DNA of 64,000 bases from IMG/VR virus record IMGVR_UViG_3300024999_000029, positions 186,001 to 250,000 of that record. The stretch is one strand, 5' to 3'. Numbering within the stretch: position 1 is the stretch's first letter; every line of letters begins with the position of its first letter. The position numbers and the translations under genes were made by a program. Below, one piece after another: positions 1 through 10,494 of this stretch. Under the pieces are notes generated by a model, which worked only from the letters and a program-made list of their open reading frames with translations, was not told the origin of the DNA and searched no databases.

Positions 1-277
1 CTAAACAATCTTGGTTATATATCTTGTTTAACTCAATCATTTATACCTCGTTATTTTATATTTTATTTAATTAAGACAGAACGAGAATTTGATATTAATT
101 TAAACTATAATGCATAAAACTCATTGCTGAAATTAAAAACGCAACTCCCATTTCAACTTTGTTAGGACAATATCCAAAGAACAACGATACAAATAAAATT
201 AAATAGTATAAACAAAATAGTATATTTAAAACCTTACCCATAGTTTTCTCCTTTCCATAAAAATCCGATTTTATTAA

Positions 278-649
278 TTATATTATTGATGGAAAATAAA
301 GCTCATTTGCTAATACGCTTTCTAATACTTTAAGATAAACTCCTAATTCACTATCTGAATGAAAATAGTATTCTTTAATCCACCTATCTAATTCTTTGTC
401 ATAGTTTTTAATTATTCCTTGGTACTTTTTATTTTTTGACGGACAAATATCTTTAAGGCTGCCTTTGCATGATTGATAACAATTATATCCTTCTTTACTT
501 TCACATTTATTTATTTCTAATCTTCTTGTATCTGACCTAAGTAATGTATAAACCATTGTCTTAATATCTTCTTCTACTTGCTTTTTAACCGCTTTTTGCT
601 TATAAACTCTTGCTTGATAATAATAATCCTTATTGTCTGTTCCTATCAT
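278..649 (-). CDS. hypothetical phage protein
   Basis: 123-aa ORF with AGGAGG RBS upstream. Confidence 0.7.
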   Translation of the reverse strand: MIGTDNKDYYYQARVYKQKAVKKQVEEDIKTMVYTLLRSDTRRLEINKCESKEGYNCYQSCKGSLKDICPSKNKKYQGIIKNYDKELDRWIKEYYFHSDSELGVYLKVLESVLANELYFPSII

Positions 650-689
650 GATATCCTCCTTATTTTATATTTTAATTAAAAGTCTTATT

Positions 690-836
690 TTATTTATATT
701 CCCAATTTGCAATATATGGCTGTCTCATTGCCTGTTTTAACCATTCCTGAAAATCTGATTCAATTATGTTTTCTGGAGTTTGTTCAACATAATCCATTTC
801 TTTTTCGACACAACAACATTTAAAAATAATTTTCAT
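690..836 (-). CDS. small hypothetical protein (48 aa, MKIIFKCCC...)
   Basis: Read manually; AGGAG RBS at about 843-848; stop codon lies inside the 677-692 palindrome. Confidence 0.6.
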   Translation of the reverse strand: MKIIFKCCCVEKEMDYVEQTPENIIESDFQEWLKQAMRQPYIANWEYK

Positions 837-873
837 AATAAACTCCTTTTATATTTTGAATCAAAATCATATT

Positions 874-1284
874 TTAAAGCATAGACTCAATTTCATTAAG
901 CTCAAGTTCAACCTTTTTACCATCGGATAATAGCTTTAAAAGTTTATCTTCCATCAATTTAAGATTATTTTCTTCTGCTTTTCGTGAAAGAATTGCAATT
1001 CTAGATTTAATATCGGTGATCCAATCTTCTACCTTATATCCACTAATCACATATTCGTCCAATACACCTAAATCTTTTGCGGAAAGCACATAGGAGTTTA
1101 GTTTAATCATAATTGAAATCAAATCTGGTCTTGCCAAAACCTGAATATTATATCTTACAGCATCTACCTCTAGAGAACAATTTGTAACTGGCGAAAACCT
1201 TGTTGATTTACTCAATTGGGCTTTTTTACTTTCTATTTGCTTCTTTAAAAGCATAATCCTTTGGTCATTTGTTTCATTATTCAT
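874..1284 (-). CDS. hypothetical coiled-coil phage protein
   Basis: 136-aa ORF, translationally coupled to 1287..2387. Confidence 0.7.
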   Translation of the reverse strand: MNNETNDQRIMLLKKQIESKKAQLSKSTRFSPVTNCSLEVDAVRYNIQVLARPDLISIMIKLNSYVLSAKDLGVLDEYVISGYKVEDWITDIKSRIAILSRKAEENNLKLMEDKLLKLLSDGKKVELELNEIESML

Positions 1285-1286
1285 AA

Positions 1287-2387
1287 TTAACTTTTATCCT
1301 TTCTATATAATTTATTGTTTTTTAAATATTGACACTTCAATGATGGTTTAAAATTATTATAAATTTCTTCTATAGTCCCACTAAATAAAGGCTCTACGAA
1401 AATAGACTTTCTATTACTTCTCCAATAATCACCTTCATAAGTATAATCATTTTGATTTTTAGGACGAACATAAAATCCATTTTTATTTTTGAGTTCTGTG
1501 TCATTTAGTCTGCTATATTTTTTAACTTCAAACTTTTCATATTGCCCATTTATATTTCCATAAAAAATACGATACTGCCAATAAGAATTTTCATCCTTAT
1601 ATTGCAATTCAAAATCTTCTAATGACCTTAATTCAAAAGTATCTTTACTTACATCATAAGGAGAATAATAAGAATTGCATTCTAACTTATCAAATATTTC
1701 TGAATAATTACTTACACATCTATCATCAATACAAGAAATTAATTTCCCGCCAATGCTTTTATGTTCTATAAAACTAATATCCTTATCTTGTTTACAAAAC
1801 CAAAAACGTAATCCTTCATTTTCTCCATAATAGCCATAACTATCAAATCTACCCATATAAATAATTTCTTCATTTTTATTTGTCAGGTATGTTGCTCCAA
1901 TAATTAAATCTTTTGTCTTAATGTAATTTTTAGAATAAATTAATTTATTAAATTCAATAAGTTCTTTATAATCTGGAGAATCTGTTGGAATTAAAATTAA
2001 GTCCTTTCCATCCCAACCATATACGAAATCACCTTCTAACCCCTTACCTTTTGTCGAGGTAGTGTTTTCTAGAATATACAACAAGTTAGGAATAGTAATT
2101 TCAAACTCAAACCCTCTAGGGTCATAAACTCTACAATATGTCTGCCGATGATTCCAGCCAGTATCATACCCACCAGCTTTCTTATTAAGAACAAATCCAG
2201 ATGTCGGCACATTCTTAGCTATAACATTCTCTATTTTGTCATCTCTCCAGCTATTCCATGATGTTTCTTTTCTTAATACTCCTTTCTGGTCATAATAAAT
2301 TATGTAAGCTAACTTTTTTGTATATGTGTCACTTCTGTTTTGAAAGCCTACATTGATTTTTTCTGGAATAAAAATATTACTTTTCAT
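1287..2387 (-). CDS. conserved hypothetical phage protein
   Basis: 366-aa ORF with strong RBS. Confidence 0.75.
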   Translation of the reverse strand: MKSNIFIPEKINVGFQNRSDTYTKKLAYIIYYDQKGVLRKETSWNSWRDDKIENVIAKNVPTSGFVLNKKAGGYDTGWNHRQTYCRVYDPRGFEFEITIPNLLYILENTTSTKGKGLEGDFVYGWDGKDLILIPTDSPDYKELIEFNKLIYSKNYIKTKDLIIGATYLTNKNEEIIYMGRFDSYGYYGENEGLRFWFCKQDKDISFIEHKSIGGKLISCIDDRCVSNYSEIFDKLECNSYYSPYDVSKDTFELRSLEDFELQYKDENSYWQYRIFYGNINGQYEKFEVKKYSRLNDTELKNKNGFYVRPKNQNDYTYEGDYWRSNRKSIFVEPLFSGTIEEIYNNFKPSLKCQYLKNNKLYRKDKS

Positions 2388-2426
2388 ATATTCTCCTCTC
2401 TTTTATATTTCAATCAAAAGCACACT

Positions 2427-3107
2427 TTATATAGATTTTGCCTTTTTACAATCATACCTTATCCATAAATAAATCTTATAATATCTTTCATAATTATATT
2501 TTCTATTATCAATATTGTACCAATTGTTTAAACTTGTCGTGTGCTTTTCGCTATTGCATACCCTACAACTCGGAATACAATTTTTAATATCATTTCTACC
2601 ATCATCTATAACATGCTCTTTATGTAATTGTTGTTTGAATTTATTTTTATGTTCTTCTTCTGTAAACCCACAGTACGCGCAAGCATTATTAAAATATTCT
2701 TTACAAGCTTCCCATTGTTCTACAGATAATTTATGATTTTTACTTCTTCTTTTACGACCATATATTTTATATTTTTGTTTTCCATTTTCCGACTGTCTAT
2801 ATTTTTTACGTAAATCTGACACATATTCTATATTTTTATAATAATACTCTTTATTTGTTTCTAATGTAGCTTTTTTATTATTCTTATAATGATTTCTACG
2901 ATATTCTAATGCTTCATTACCACGCTTCTCTTGCCTTTGTTTTGCTTGTTCTATCATTATGTCTTTATGATTTTCATAATATATCTCGTTTATTTCTTTT
3001 TGACATTTCTTACAGATATTATTTAACCCATCTTTAATGTTTGCTCGCTTTCCAAAGTATTCTAAGGTAGCTGGATAATTTTCCTTACATGTTTTGCATG
3101 TTTTCAT
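2427..3107 (-). CDS. HNH endonuclease (Zn-binding)
   Basis: CxxC N-terminus; CAYCG...HKEHV...CRVCNSEK HNH motif. Confidence 0.8.
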   Translation of the reverse strand: MKTCKTCKENYPATLEYFGKRANIKDGLNNICKKCQKEINEIYYENHKDIMIEQAKQRQEKRGNEALEYRRNHYKNNKKATLETNKEYYYKNIEYVSDLRKKYRQSENGKQKYKIYGRKRRSKNHKLSVEQWEACKEYFNNACAYCGFTEEEHKNKFKQQLHKEHVIDDGRNDIKNCIPSCRVCNSEKHTTSLNNWYNIDNRKYNYERYYKIYLWIRYDCKKAKSI

Positions 3108-4202
3108 TAATCATTTTACATCTCCAATCTCTACGAAAGAGTTATTTGGTTGAAATTTTATATAATTCATTTAAATTCCAAACCATAGTTTTCTGCAAAT
3201 GTATCTAAATGGGCAGCTAAAAAATCAAGCAATTCTCTGAAAAATGTATCATCATCATGCATTAATTCCACCGCATTATCAATTCCTTCTTGAGTCCATT
3301 CATACTTCTTACCATTTTCTTCTGGCAACCATTCAAATAAAAGTTTTAAAGTTATTTTCATTGCATCTCTTGTACTCATACCTAATCTCCTCTCAATATA
3401 AATTCTCTAATTTATTTACTTTTGTTCAATATACTTCAATTTTTCAAATGTGTCTAAATCAGGATTTATAGTCATCAATACTTCCCATAATACAGTTTGA
3501 TAATCTGAATTATCATCAAAGTATATAACATTATTTGCAATTCTATAAATTTCGTCTAGCTTTTCTTTTACATCTAACATAACTCCTCCATATCCATGTC
3601 ATAACTAACATAAGCATTAAAAATATCATTATCAAAAAACTTTTCTTCAATTAATCCACCTATAAAACAATTAAACTCATAATCTTCTACATCTGGTTTA
3701 ACATTATGAGAAATATCATAGCAATTTTCTCTTTCAAAGTACTCCCATTGAATTTTAATATCGGAATATTGTGATTTTACTTTTTCAATAAATTCCGCTA
3801 TTACTCTTTCAGTTAACTTATGTTTCTCTTCACACTTAATAGCTTGTTCTTCAGAGTAATACTTTTCTGAACATATATCACATTCATGATAAGTAACTTT
3901 TTTCATATGCCCTCCAATCTCAATCAAATGCAAGGTTTATTTAGTTTTTATAAAGAATATCTTTTTATAATCTAATGGTTTCATTTTCGATGACAAGTCA
4001 ATTAAAAGTAATGTTAAAGGGATTGCAATGTTCATACAGGGTATAAATATTACAAATATTGAAAGTCCCACTGGGGAATACTGAACATTTATCCCATAAA
4101 TAAAATATAATCTAAAAATTAAATAAGAAATTATTATTGATATCAAATAAATAATCGTAAACATTTATTTCTCCCCCTCTGTGTTTGATTAAAACACAAT
4201 TT

Positions 4203-4484
4203 TTATTTAGATTTTCTATGTAGATTTTCAATAATTATATTTAAAAAGTTACTATTTCTAATACCAGCGATTGTTTTGCAAATCCATTCTTTAATAAGTT
4301 CACCTCTTGGGTCAGTTAAAGAACTCCATTTCATTGATAACTCTTCTAAAATTTGTGATAAAGGCTTATATTCATTTTCGTTTACTCTTACAGTTATACC
4401 TAAATTAGATAATACAATTTCGCAATTTTTTATATTCTCATTATAATTATTTTCTATATTTTCAAATATTTCATCGTTGTTCAT
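4203..4484 (-). CDS. small protein resembling a fragment of a phage tape-measure protein core
   Basis: LGITVR...YKPLSQILEELSMKWSSL...IAGIRNSNFL resembles the TP901-type TMP core segment (recognition by eye). Confidence 0.5.
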   Translation of the reverse strand: MNNDEIFENIENNYNENIKNCEIVLSNLGITVRVNENEYKPLSQILEELSMKWSSLTDPRGELIKEWICKTIAGIRNSNFLNIIIENLHRKSK

Positions 4485-5988
4485 TATTCACACCTCACTT
4501 TTCTCAATAAATCATAAAATTTATTTAAAATCCTTCTTCAATTCTTCCGCCAAAAACCATATCTACTGCAACAATGCTTCTTTCAAAACCATCAATAACT
4601 CCTTTTAGATATTCTGTATCAGATATTTGTTCTCTTGCTAATTCCATAAATTGATATATAAAATTCTTGAAACTTTTAATATCTGCTTCATAAAACTCTA
4701 AAGCATCACTAACCGTAAATAGTTCACAATCAAACTCTTCCTCTAGTGGTATAAGTTTCTCACACAATTCTTTATCCATCATAAATTAATTTCTCCTTTT
4801 CTATATAAAACCAATTTTTTATCTAATTACTTCATTTTCAAACTTTTTTAATTCTTCTAGCATTTTATTGTCTTCGTAATAAAAAGGATCTTTTTCTAAA
4901 TAGTTCAACCAATTGAGCATAAATTGTCCAAATCTCCAGTTAGGGACTTTGTTCCAAACTCTTTCAATCTCACTTAAAAATGGCTTTATTTTTTCTGGAT
5001 TTCTCAAAACATCACTCCTTAACTTTTATATTTTAGATTGAGAACTATATAAACTCATTACAAGTCATTTTTAAAAGGAAGGGGTAAAATAATACCCCGT
5101 ATAATTACGTTTTATGAATGCCCTAATTGCTCCCAATAATCAGTGTCTATTTTTTCTTTCTGTTGAATACTAAAGCCTTTGATGTCATTGAAATTGAATA
5201 CTATAACTATATAGCCATTAGCATCATTAAAATCTGTTTTATTTGATGATAATAGAACACGTAAGGCTTCTACTGCATCCACAATTTGCTGACTATTAAC
5301 TAATAAAGAACAATTCGCTTTAAACATTTTTTTAACCTCCTTTTTAATTAAACGTCATTTCAATATGGCAGTGGTTATCACTGAGCGAAGACACTAAAAT
5401 AGTTGAATTTCCAAACTTTATTCGCCTACAATCTCCGTTGACAACCTCCACTTTCTTTAATTCATTAATCGCTCCCACAATTTTGATTAATTGTCTGGCT
5501 AATTTTCTTTCCACTACATCTTTATCTGTCATACTTTTCACCTCCTTGAAGTAATAACTTCAATTATTTTAAACGACCCACTTAAAGTGTAATTTATATC
5601 AAAGGTTGTTGTCTGTTAATTTTATTGCGACCATTCTGATCCTCTTATTTTTTTCATTGTAGAAATATAATTCTCTATGTATTTTTTATAATCATATGTT
5701 TCTTTTAATATTATTTTTCTTACTGTAAACGGACTTTCTTCCCACATTTTTTCAAAATATGTACTCATTTTTTACCTCTTTATTTTATATTTTAGTTCAC
5801 TGAATTATTGCTAAAATTTTATCTACAGCTTTATCTACATCTATATTTCGTAACTGTTTTTGTTTTTGATATTTTAAAATTCCATAAACTTTATCAGCTC
5901 TCGTCGCAAAATTGCTTTTACGTGTTACTTGTTTACCAATCCTAGTAGGATTACGACTTATATTCCTCATATTCCCTCCAAAATTACA

Positions 5989-6237
5989 TTAAATACTCAA
6001 ATATTCTACTGAATAATCACTCCAGCCAATTATTTCAATTGCAGAATTTGCTTTTAATTTTAAGTCATCGTCATAAGCATTCATATAATAATCAAGCTTA
6101 AATTGAAAATTATCATATGGATTCACAATAACTTATGGCTTGTTTAGATTTGGTAGTTTAACTCCAATAAAAATGTACTCATTTTCTTTTTTAATGCTCG
6201 CCTCAATGAAACTCTTTAGTCTTTCTTTTTGTGTCAT
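5989..6237 (-). pseudogene. phage hypothetical gene with in-frame TAA (MTQKERL...NKP*VIVNPYDNF...)
   Basis: RBS and ATG at 6237; frame continues cleanly past TAA at 6133-6135 to a stop at 5989. Confidence 0.6.
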
Positions 6238-6287
6238 TGTTTATATTCTCCTTTATATTTTTATTAAAACTGCTATTTTAATCTAAC

Positions 6288-6498
6288 TTCATATTCTTTG
6301 TTCTATACTTTAAGTTACTTAGTGATAAAGAATCAAATTTATCACAATCCATTCTGGATTTTCATGTTGATTCACTAAAAACTCGCAGGAGGGTGTAGTC
6401 TTAACTAAATCCTATCTGCATTTCAGATTTAGTTACTTTACTAGCTTTTTCATCTGCCCCAATGGATTACACTTAAAGTACAGGATAAAGAATATGAA
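6288..6498 (-). ncRNA. putative structured RNA with ~28-bp closing stem and internal hairpins
   Basis: 6288-6315 is nearly complementary to 6471-6498; internal stems AATCCATT/AATGGATT, TAACTAAATC/GATTTAGTTA, GTGATAAA/TTTATCAC. Strand is assumed from the surrounding genes. Confidence 0.45.
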
Positions 6499-6823
6499 AT
6501 TTTCAATAAGTTATTGTTTTGATTTAAACTTTCTTAGCCTTTGAAATATCAATATAGTATTCTTCTCCAACTTCAAATTCTTCGGCTTCTTCAAATTCTT
6601 CTTTTTTATCATATAAATAAATATCTCTTTTACAAGCATTACAAACGCCATATGTATTTATTTTATCATTTTCTTTATGAAAGCAATTTGAACCGCAACC
6701 ACAGGCGTTCCTTTTACCTCTGATAAAAAATGATTCAATTTCACCATCTAATAATTTGATTTTTCTATTCATAATTACCTCTTATTAAATTTAAAATAAT
6801 ATAAGCATTTGAACAAAATTATT

Positions 6824-7026
6824 GTGGCTGGAGGGATTGGCTACCCTCAAAGATGTTACTATGGCTCTAATAATCTACACTAACGCTATAATACGTTACG
6901 CCTGTCACCTAGGACTCTAGCCACCATGTAGGAACATACGGGATGTTCTCACGCCTCGATTATTAGCTTAACCATTACTTCGCATCGGATTATTGTCTTA
7001 ACCGCCTTTAATTTGGCTACAGCCAC
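6824..7026 (-). ncRNA. tRNA-like structured RNA (~203 nt) with a large structured insert in place of the anticodon loop
   Basis: Acceptor-like GTGGCTG/CAGCCAC, D-like GCC/GGC, T-like GAGGG/CCCTC; internal CTAATAATC/GATTATTAG, GAACAT/ATGTTC, TAACG/CGTTA. Confidence 0.6.
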
Positions 7027-7037
7027 ATGAATAATTT

Positions 7038-7155
7038 GTAACTAGCAGGGCGGTGTATCCTGCATCTCTTTATCATAGCTCCCTATCTCATTTTATTGAG
7101 CGATTAACGTTTGTTAACGGAAGGGTTGATAGCAACCATTTCTATCCTTAGTTAC
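7038..7155 (-). ncRNA. second tRNA-like cloverleaf RNA (~118 nt)
   Basis: GTAACTA/TAGTTAC closing stem, GATAG/CTATC arm, GCAGG/CCTGC 3' arm, two small central hairpins. Confidence 0.5.
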
Positions 7156-7273
7156 AAATTTAAGTCCCGACATCTAAACACATTAGCCATTTCCACTATT
7201 CTAATGCCAAACTCAGTCAGGTGTTTCGCTTTTCACAGTGGTTTGTGTCAGCTAGTTTAATAAAATTGTCCTT

Positions 7274-7801
7274 TTATCTTGATATTAAAAACTTATCAAC
7301 AGCTTCTTGCACCTTATCTAATCCTTCTTCTACTGGTATGTAGGCATCAAAGTTATAATAATCCAAATCAATTTCACTTAGATGATTCTGCTGTTCTTTT
7401 GAGAGTGGACTTATTAATCCTTTTCTCACTACTCTTACAGACATTTCTTCAAAATCTGGAGAGTTCATGATATTAATTTCATTCTTAAATCTAGTATCTG
7501 GAATTATGATTACGTCATATTCCCTACCAAAAGTTTTAATAAACTCTCTCACAACATTAACCCATACGTCAGGATTCACATTTCTACCCTCATCAGTGCC
7601 AATGCGCTGCAAGATTGTGCGTCCAATATCATCTTTTTCGCCATTCCAGCCGAAATACTCTTTACATATAAATTTGAGATAATCCGCATAATGAATGATT
7701 AGTACATTTTTATCTTCTTGAAAAAGTTGTTTCTTTATCATTTTAGCTATAGTGTCTTTTCCTGAATTCGCCTTGCCACTAATAAATAATATTAAAGACA
7801 T
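7274..7801 (-). CDS. deoxynucleoside monophosphate kinase-like P-loop protein
   Basis: GKANSGKDT Walker A; LQRIGTD, PDVWV and DTRFKNE motifs of phage dNMP kinases. Confidence 0.75.
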   Translation of the reverse strand: MSLILFISGKANSGKDTIAKMIKKQLFQEDKNVLIIHYADYLKFICKEYFGWNGEKDDIGRTILQRIGTDEGRNVNPDVWVNVVREFIKTFGREYDVIIIPDTRFKNEINIMNSPDFEEMSVRVVRKGLISPLSKEQQNHLSEIDLDYYNFDAYIPVEEGLDKVQEAVDKFLISR

Positions 7802-7802
7802 T

Positions 7803-8474
7803 TTATTTCCTCCTATTTTCTTCTCTTATCACATAAGGTTTAGATAATAACTCTTCATTTTTCCATCCTATTTTTAATCTATATAAAATAGTTTTTGAGT
7901 TTAAGCCATATTCTCTTCCCCACTCTGATGCTGTTTTAGTTACTCCATTTATAGTTATAATGTGATTTGTTCTTCTATTGTTTCCTTGTGTTAAATGGTC
8001 TGCCCATCTGCAATTGCTTGGCTCATAATTTCCATTAACGTTTATTCTGTCAATTTCCAAATCATCTCTATAACCATTTTGTATTGCCCAATTATAAAAA
8101 TTTACAAAGTTAGTCAACCATTCATCACATATTTTTATTCCTCTGTCACCATAGTTTTTATAATTAACGTTATAGTTTTTATAACACCTTTGTCTCATAA
8201 GCCTCCAAATATTATAAATTCTACTATTCGTCATTTTGTGAGTGCCTTGTGTGTTGTTGTGATCATCTAATATCTCTTTTGCTAAACAGCCGCAACTTTT
8301 AGTGTTTTTTGATACCACTTCGTTTGCTCCTATTTTTTTCTCGTTCCCACATTCACATAACCACAGCCATTGAACCCTACCATATTTATTGTTTTCAACT
8401 CTTTTAATAGCCGTTAATCTTGCAAATTTCTGACCTGTCAAATCATTAAATTTAGGTATACCTATGACCTCCAA
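7803..8474 (-). CDS. HNH-type homing-endonuclease-like protein
   Basis: DLTGQKFARL, CECG, SCGC, YGDRGIKIC, IDRINVNGNYEPSNCRWA signature. Confidence 0.75.
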   Translation of the reverse strand: MEVIGIPKFNDLTGQKFARLTAIKRVENNKYGRVQWLWLCECGNEKKIGANEVVSKNTKSCGCLAKEILDDHNNTQGTHKMTNSRIYNIWRLMRQRCYKNYNVNYKNYGDRGIKICDEWLTNFVNFYNWAIQNGYRDDLEIDRINVNGNYEPSNCRWADHLTQGNNRRTNHIITINGVTKTASEWGREYGLNSKTILYRLKIGWKNEELLSKPYVIREENRRK

Positions 8475-8477
8475 ATT

Positions 8478-9116
8478 TTATATTTTATCTTTTAAAATAT
8501 ATACCTCTAATTTCCTTACTCCAAAATCCATTGCATCTGAGTTATTTTTCATATATACATCAATACAATTATTTTTTATTGCTCCGCCTCTATCTTCTGT
8601 AATAAATATACCTTCATTTGGATAATCCTTAAAATATGGTATATATATTTTTGTCCCAAATGGTATTCTTCTTCCAGCTGCTATTGTACGCCATTCCCTA
8701 ACCTTTTCCCCCGATGCAGTAATTCCATATGATGGGCTACTAGGATATTTTTGACAAGATTCATAAGATAAATCATAAGCAGTGACTTTCATTTTACATT
8801 TTTCAATCACTTCGTATCTATCAAATCCACCTCTCGATGCTAATTTTGTTTCTTTTTGTTTTATATTTTGCTTTATTGGAATAGGTTTAATTTCTTCAAC
8901 TTTAGGTGTGTTTACAACTTTTTTAGTTTCAATATTTGACTTAGATTTTGGAATTGCATTTATTTTTTCTATACCACTTTTAATACTTTGGAAAATTAGT
9001 AATAATACTGCTGTTAAAATGAGAATTACTATAAACGAAAATCTTTTCAATTTACGTATGTTGACTTTATATTTTCTGTTTGTTTTGAGAGATTTAAATA
9101 TCAGTTTTTTTAACAT
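8478..9116 (-). CDS. membrane-anchored 3D-domain (cell wall) protein
   Basis: N-terminal TM helix; VTAY...TASG...DRGGAIK...IDVYM 3D domain. Confidence 0.8.
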   Translation of the reverse strand: MLKKLIFKSLKTNRKYKVNIRKLKRFSFIVILILTAVLLLIFQSIKSGIEKINAIPKSKSNIETKKVVNTPKVEEIKPIPIKQNIKQKETKLASRGGFDRYEVIEKCKMKVTAYDLSYESCQKYPSSPSYGITASGEKVREWRTIAAGRRIPFGTKIYIPYFKDYPNEGIFITEDRGGAIKNNCIDVYMKNNSDAMDFGVRKLEVYILKDKI

Positions 9117-9142
9117 TGATTTTACTCCTTCCTTCGTGTTAA

Positions 9143-9171
9143 ATTATACATGAAACATTTACTAGTGTCAA
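9143..9171 (-). promoter_or_regulatory. sigmaA-type promoter TTGACA-17-TATAAT
   Basis: Consensus hexamers upstream of 8478..9116; AACTAAAATATAAAA motif just upstream. Confidence 0.75.
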
Positions 9172-9201
9172 TAACTATTTTATATTTTAGTTTATTGACT
9201 T

Positions 9202-9870
9202 TTAGATTATTATTCTTTCAAAATCTAATGTTTCAGTATCTATTATCCAACCTCTTAATTCATTTCTTTCATGCCTACAAGCACAGTTAAATACCATTGT
9301 ATTACCTATTTTATCAACTCCTGCTGCTTCATGTATATGCCCACATAACCATATTTTAGGTTGTTTTTCTTCTATTAGTTTTCTTATACTCTTGCTGCCA
9401 ACTTCCCGACCATCCGAACACTTATCTAAACATTTATATGGAGGATCGTGAGCAACTACAATTGATTGATTATCTATCTGCAATTTGCTTAATTCATAAG
9501 CTATTTTATTTTCATTAGCTTCTCTATTAGTTGTAAATGGCGTAATATGTACTAACTCAAACGGTACTAAAAATTGTTTTGTATAATGGCAATTTGGTAA
9601 ATATCTTAAATCATAACTATCTGCTTCCATCCAGTCGTCGTTTGATAGGATGAACTGTGTACGATATTTATCTGACTGTAATATATTTAGTATATCGTCT
9701 AAATCTTGTTTTTGTTTTTTACCAAACTCAATCAATGTTCCTCCCCAATTTTTTCCACCAATATCTCCACATATTATTAATTCATCTACGTCTGAGTTTT
9801 CAAGAAATTCTTTAAGATTACGTGCTATTATTTTATTTCCATGTATATCACTTGTCGCAAAAATTTTCAC
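9202..9870 (-). CDS. metallophosphoesterase (calcineurin-like)
   Basis: DIHG, GD, HDPP and GHIHE motifs. Confidence 0.85.
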   Translation of the reverse strand: MKIFATSDIHGNKIIARNLKEFLENSDVDELIICGDIGGKNWGGTLIEFGKKQKQDLDDILNILQSDKYRTQFILSNDDWMEADSYDLRYLPNCHYTKQFLVPFELVHITPFTTNREANENKIAYELSKLQIDNQSIVVAHDPPYKCLDKCSDGREVGSKSIRKLIEEKQPKIWLCGHIHEAAGVDKIGNTMVFNCACRHERNELRGWIIDTETLDFERIII

Positions 9871-10494
9871 TTTATCGCCCCTTCATAGTATTTAAATCGA
9901 AATTATTATAATATGATTCTTTAATTTCTTCAAACTTTTCATTAAATTCTTTTACAAAATCAACATAAGAAAATCTCATTATAGTAAATTCAACATCATT
10001 TAACCAATACTCCCAAACAATAAACAATTTATTCATTACTCTCCATGCAGTAAGATGTAATTCTATACCTTCTCCCTCAAGATAAATTCTGTTTACTTGG
10101 TTATCATTGTATTCTTGCTCAAATGTCAGTAAATTCTTCATATCTTTTATAAAATCAGAAAGATAACTTACTGTAAATGTCTTGTCCTTTATTGTAAAAT
10201 CTAGCCATCCATGTTCTATATTCTCTATTTTTATATTATACATGCAACCTCCTTAAAACAGGTATTTAATTACAAACTTCTAGCTTTATTTTAACTATCT
10301 CTCCGTCAGATTTTTTATAATCCGCCCACCCCAAATGCATTCTAGCCATATTCTCTTCGTTTTCATTATAGAAATAAGCATCTTTTATATTATTTGTAAA
10401 GTATATTTGATTGCCATTCCAATATAAATATTCTCCTTCTGGATTTTTTATTACTAATAAATTAAGCATAAAATTACTCCTTCTCTTAATAAAT

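Noticed and set aside
6824-7155. Canonical tRNA or tmRNA genes
   Set aside because: No TTC T-loop, no 7-nt anticodon loop, and wrong size for tmRNA; kept as tRNA-like ncRNAs.
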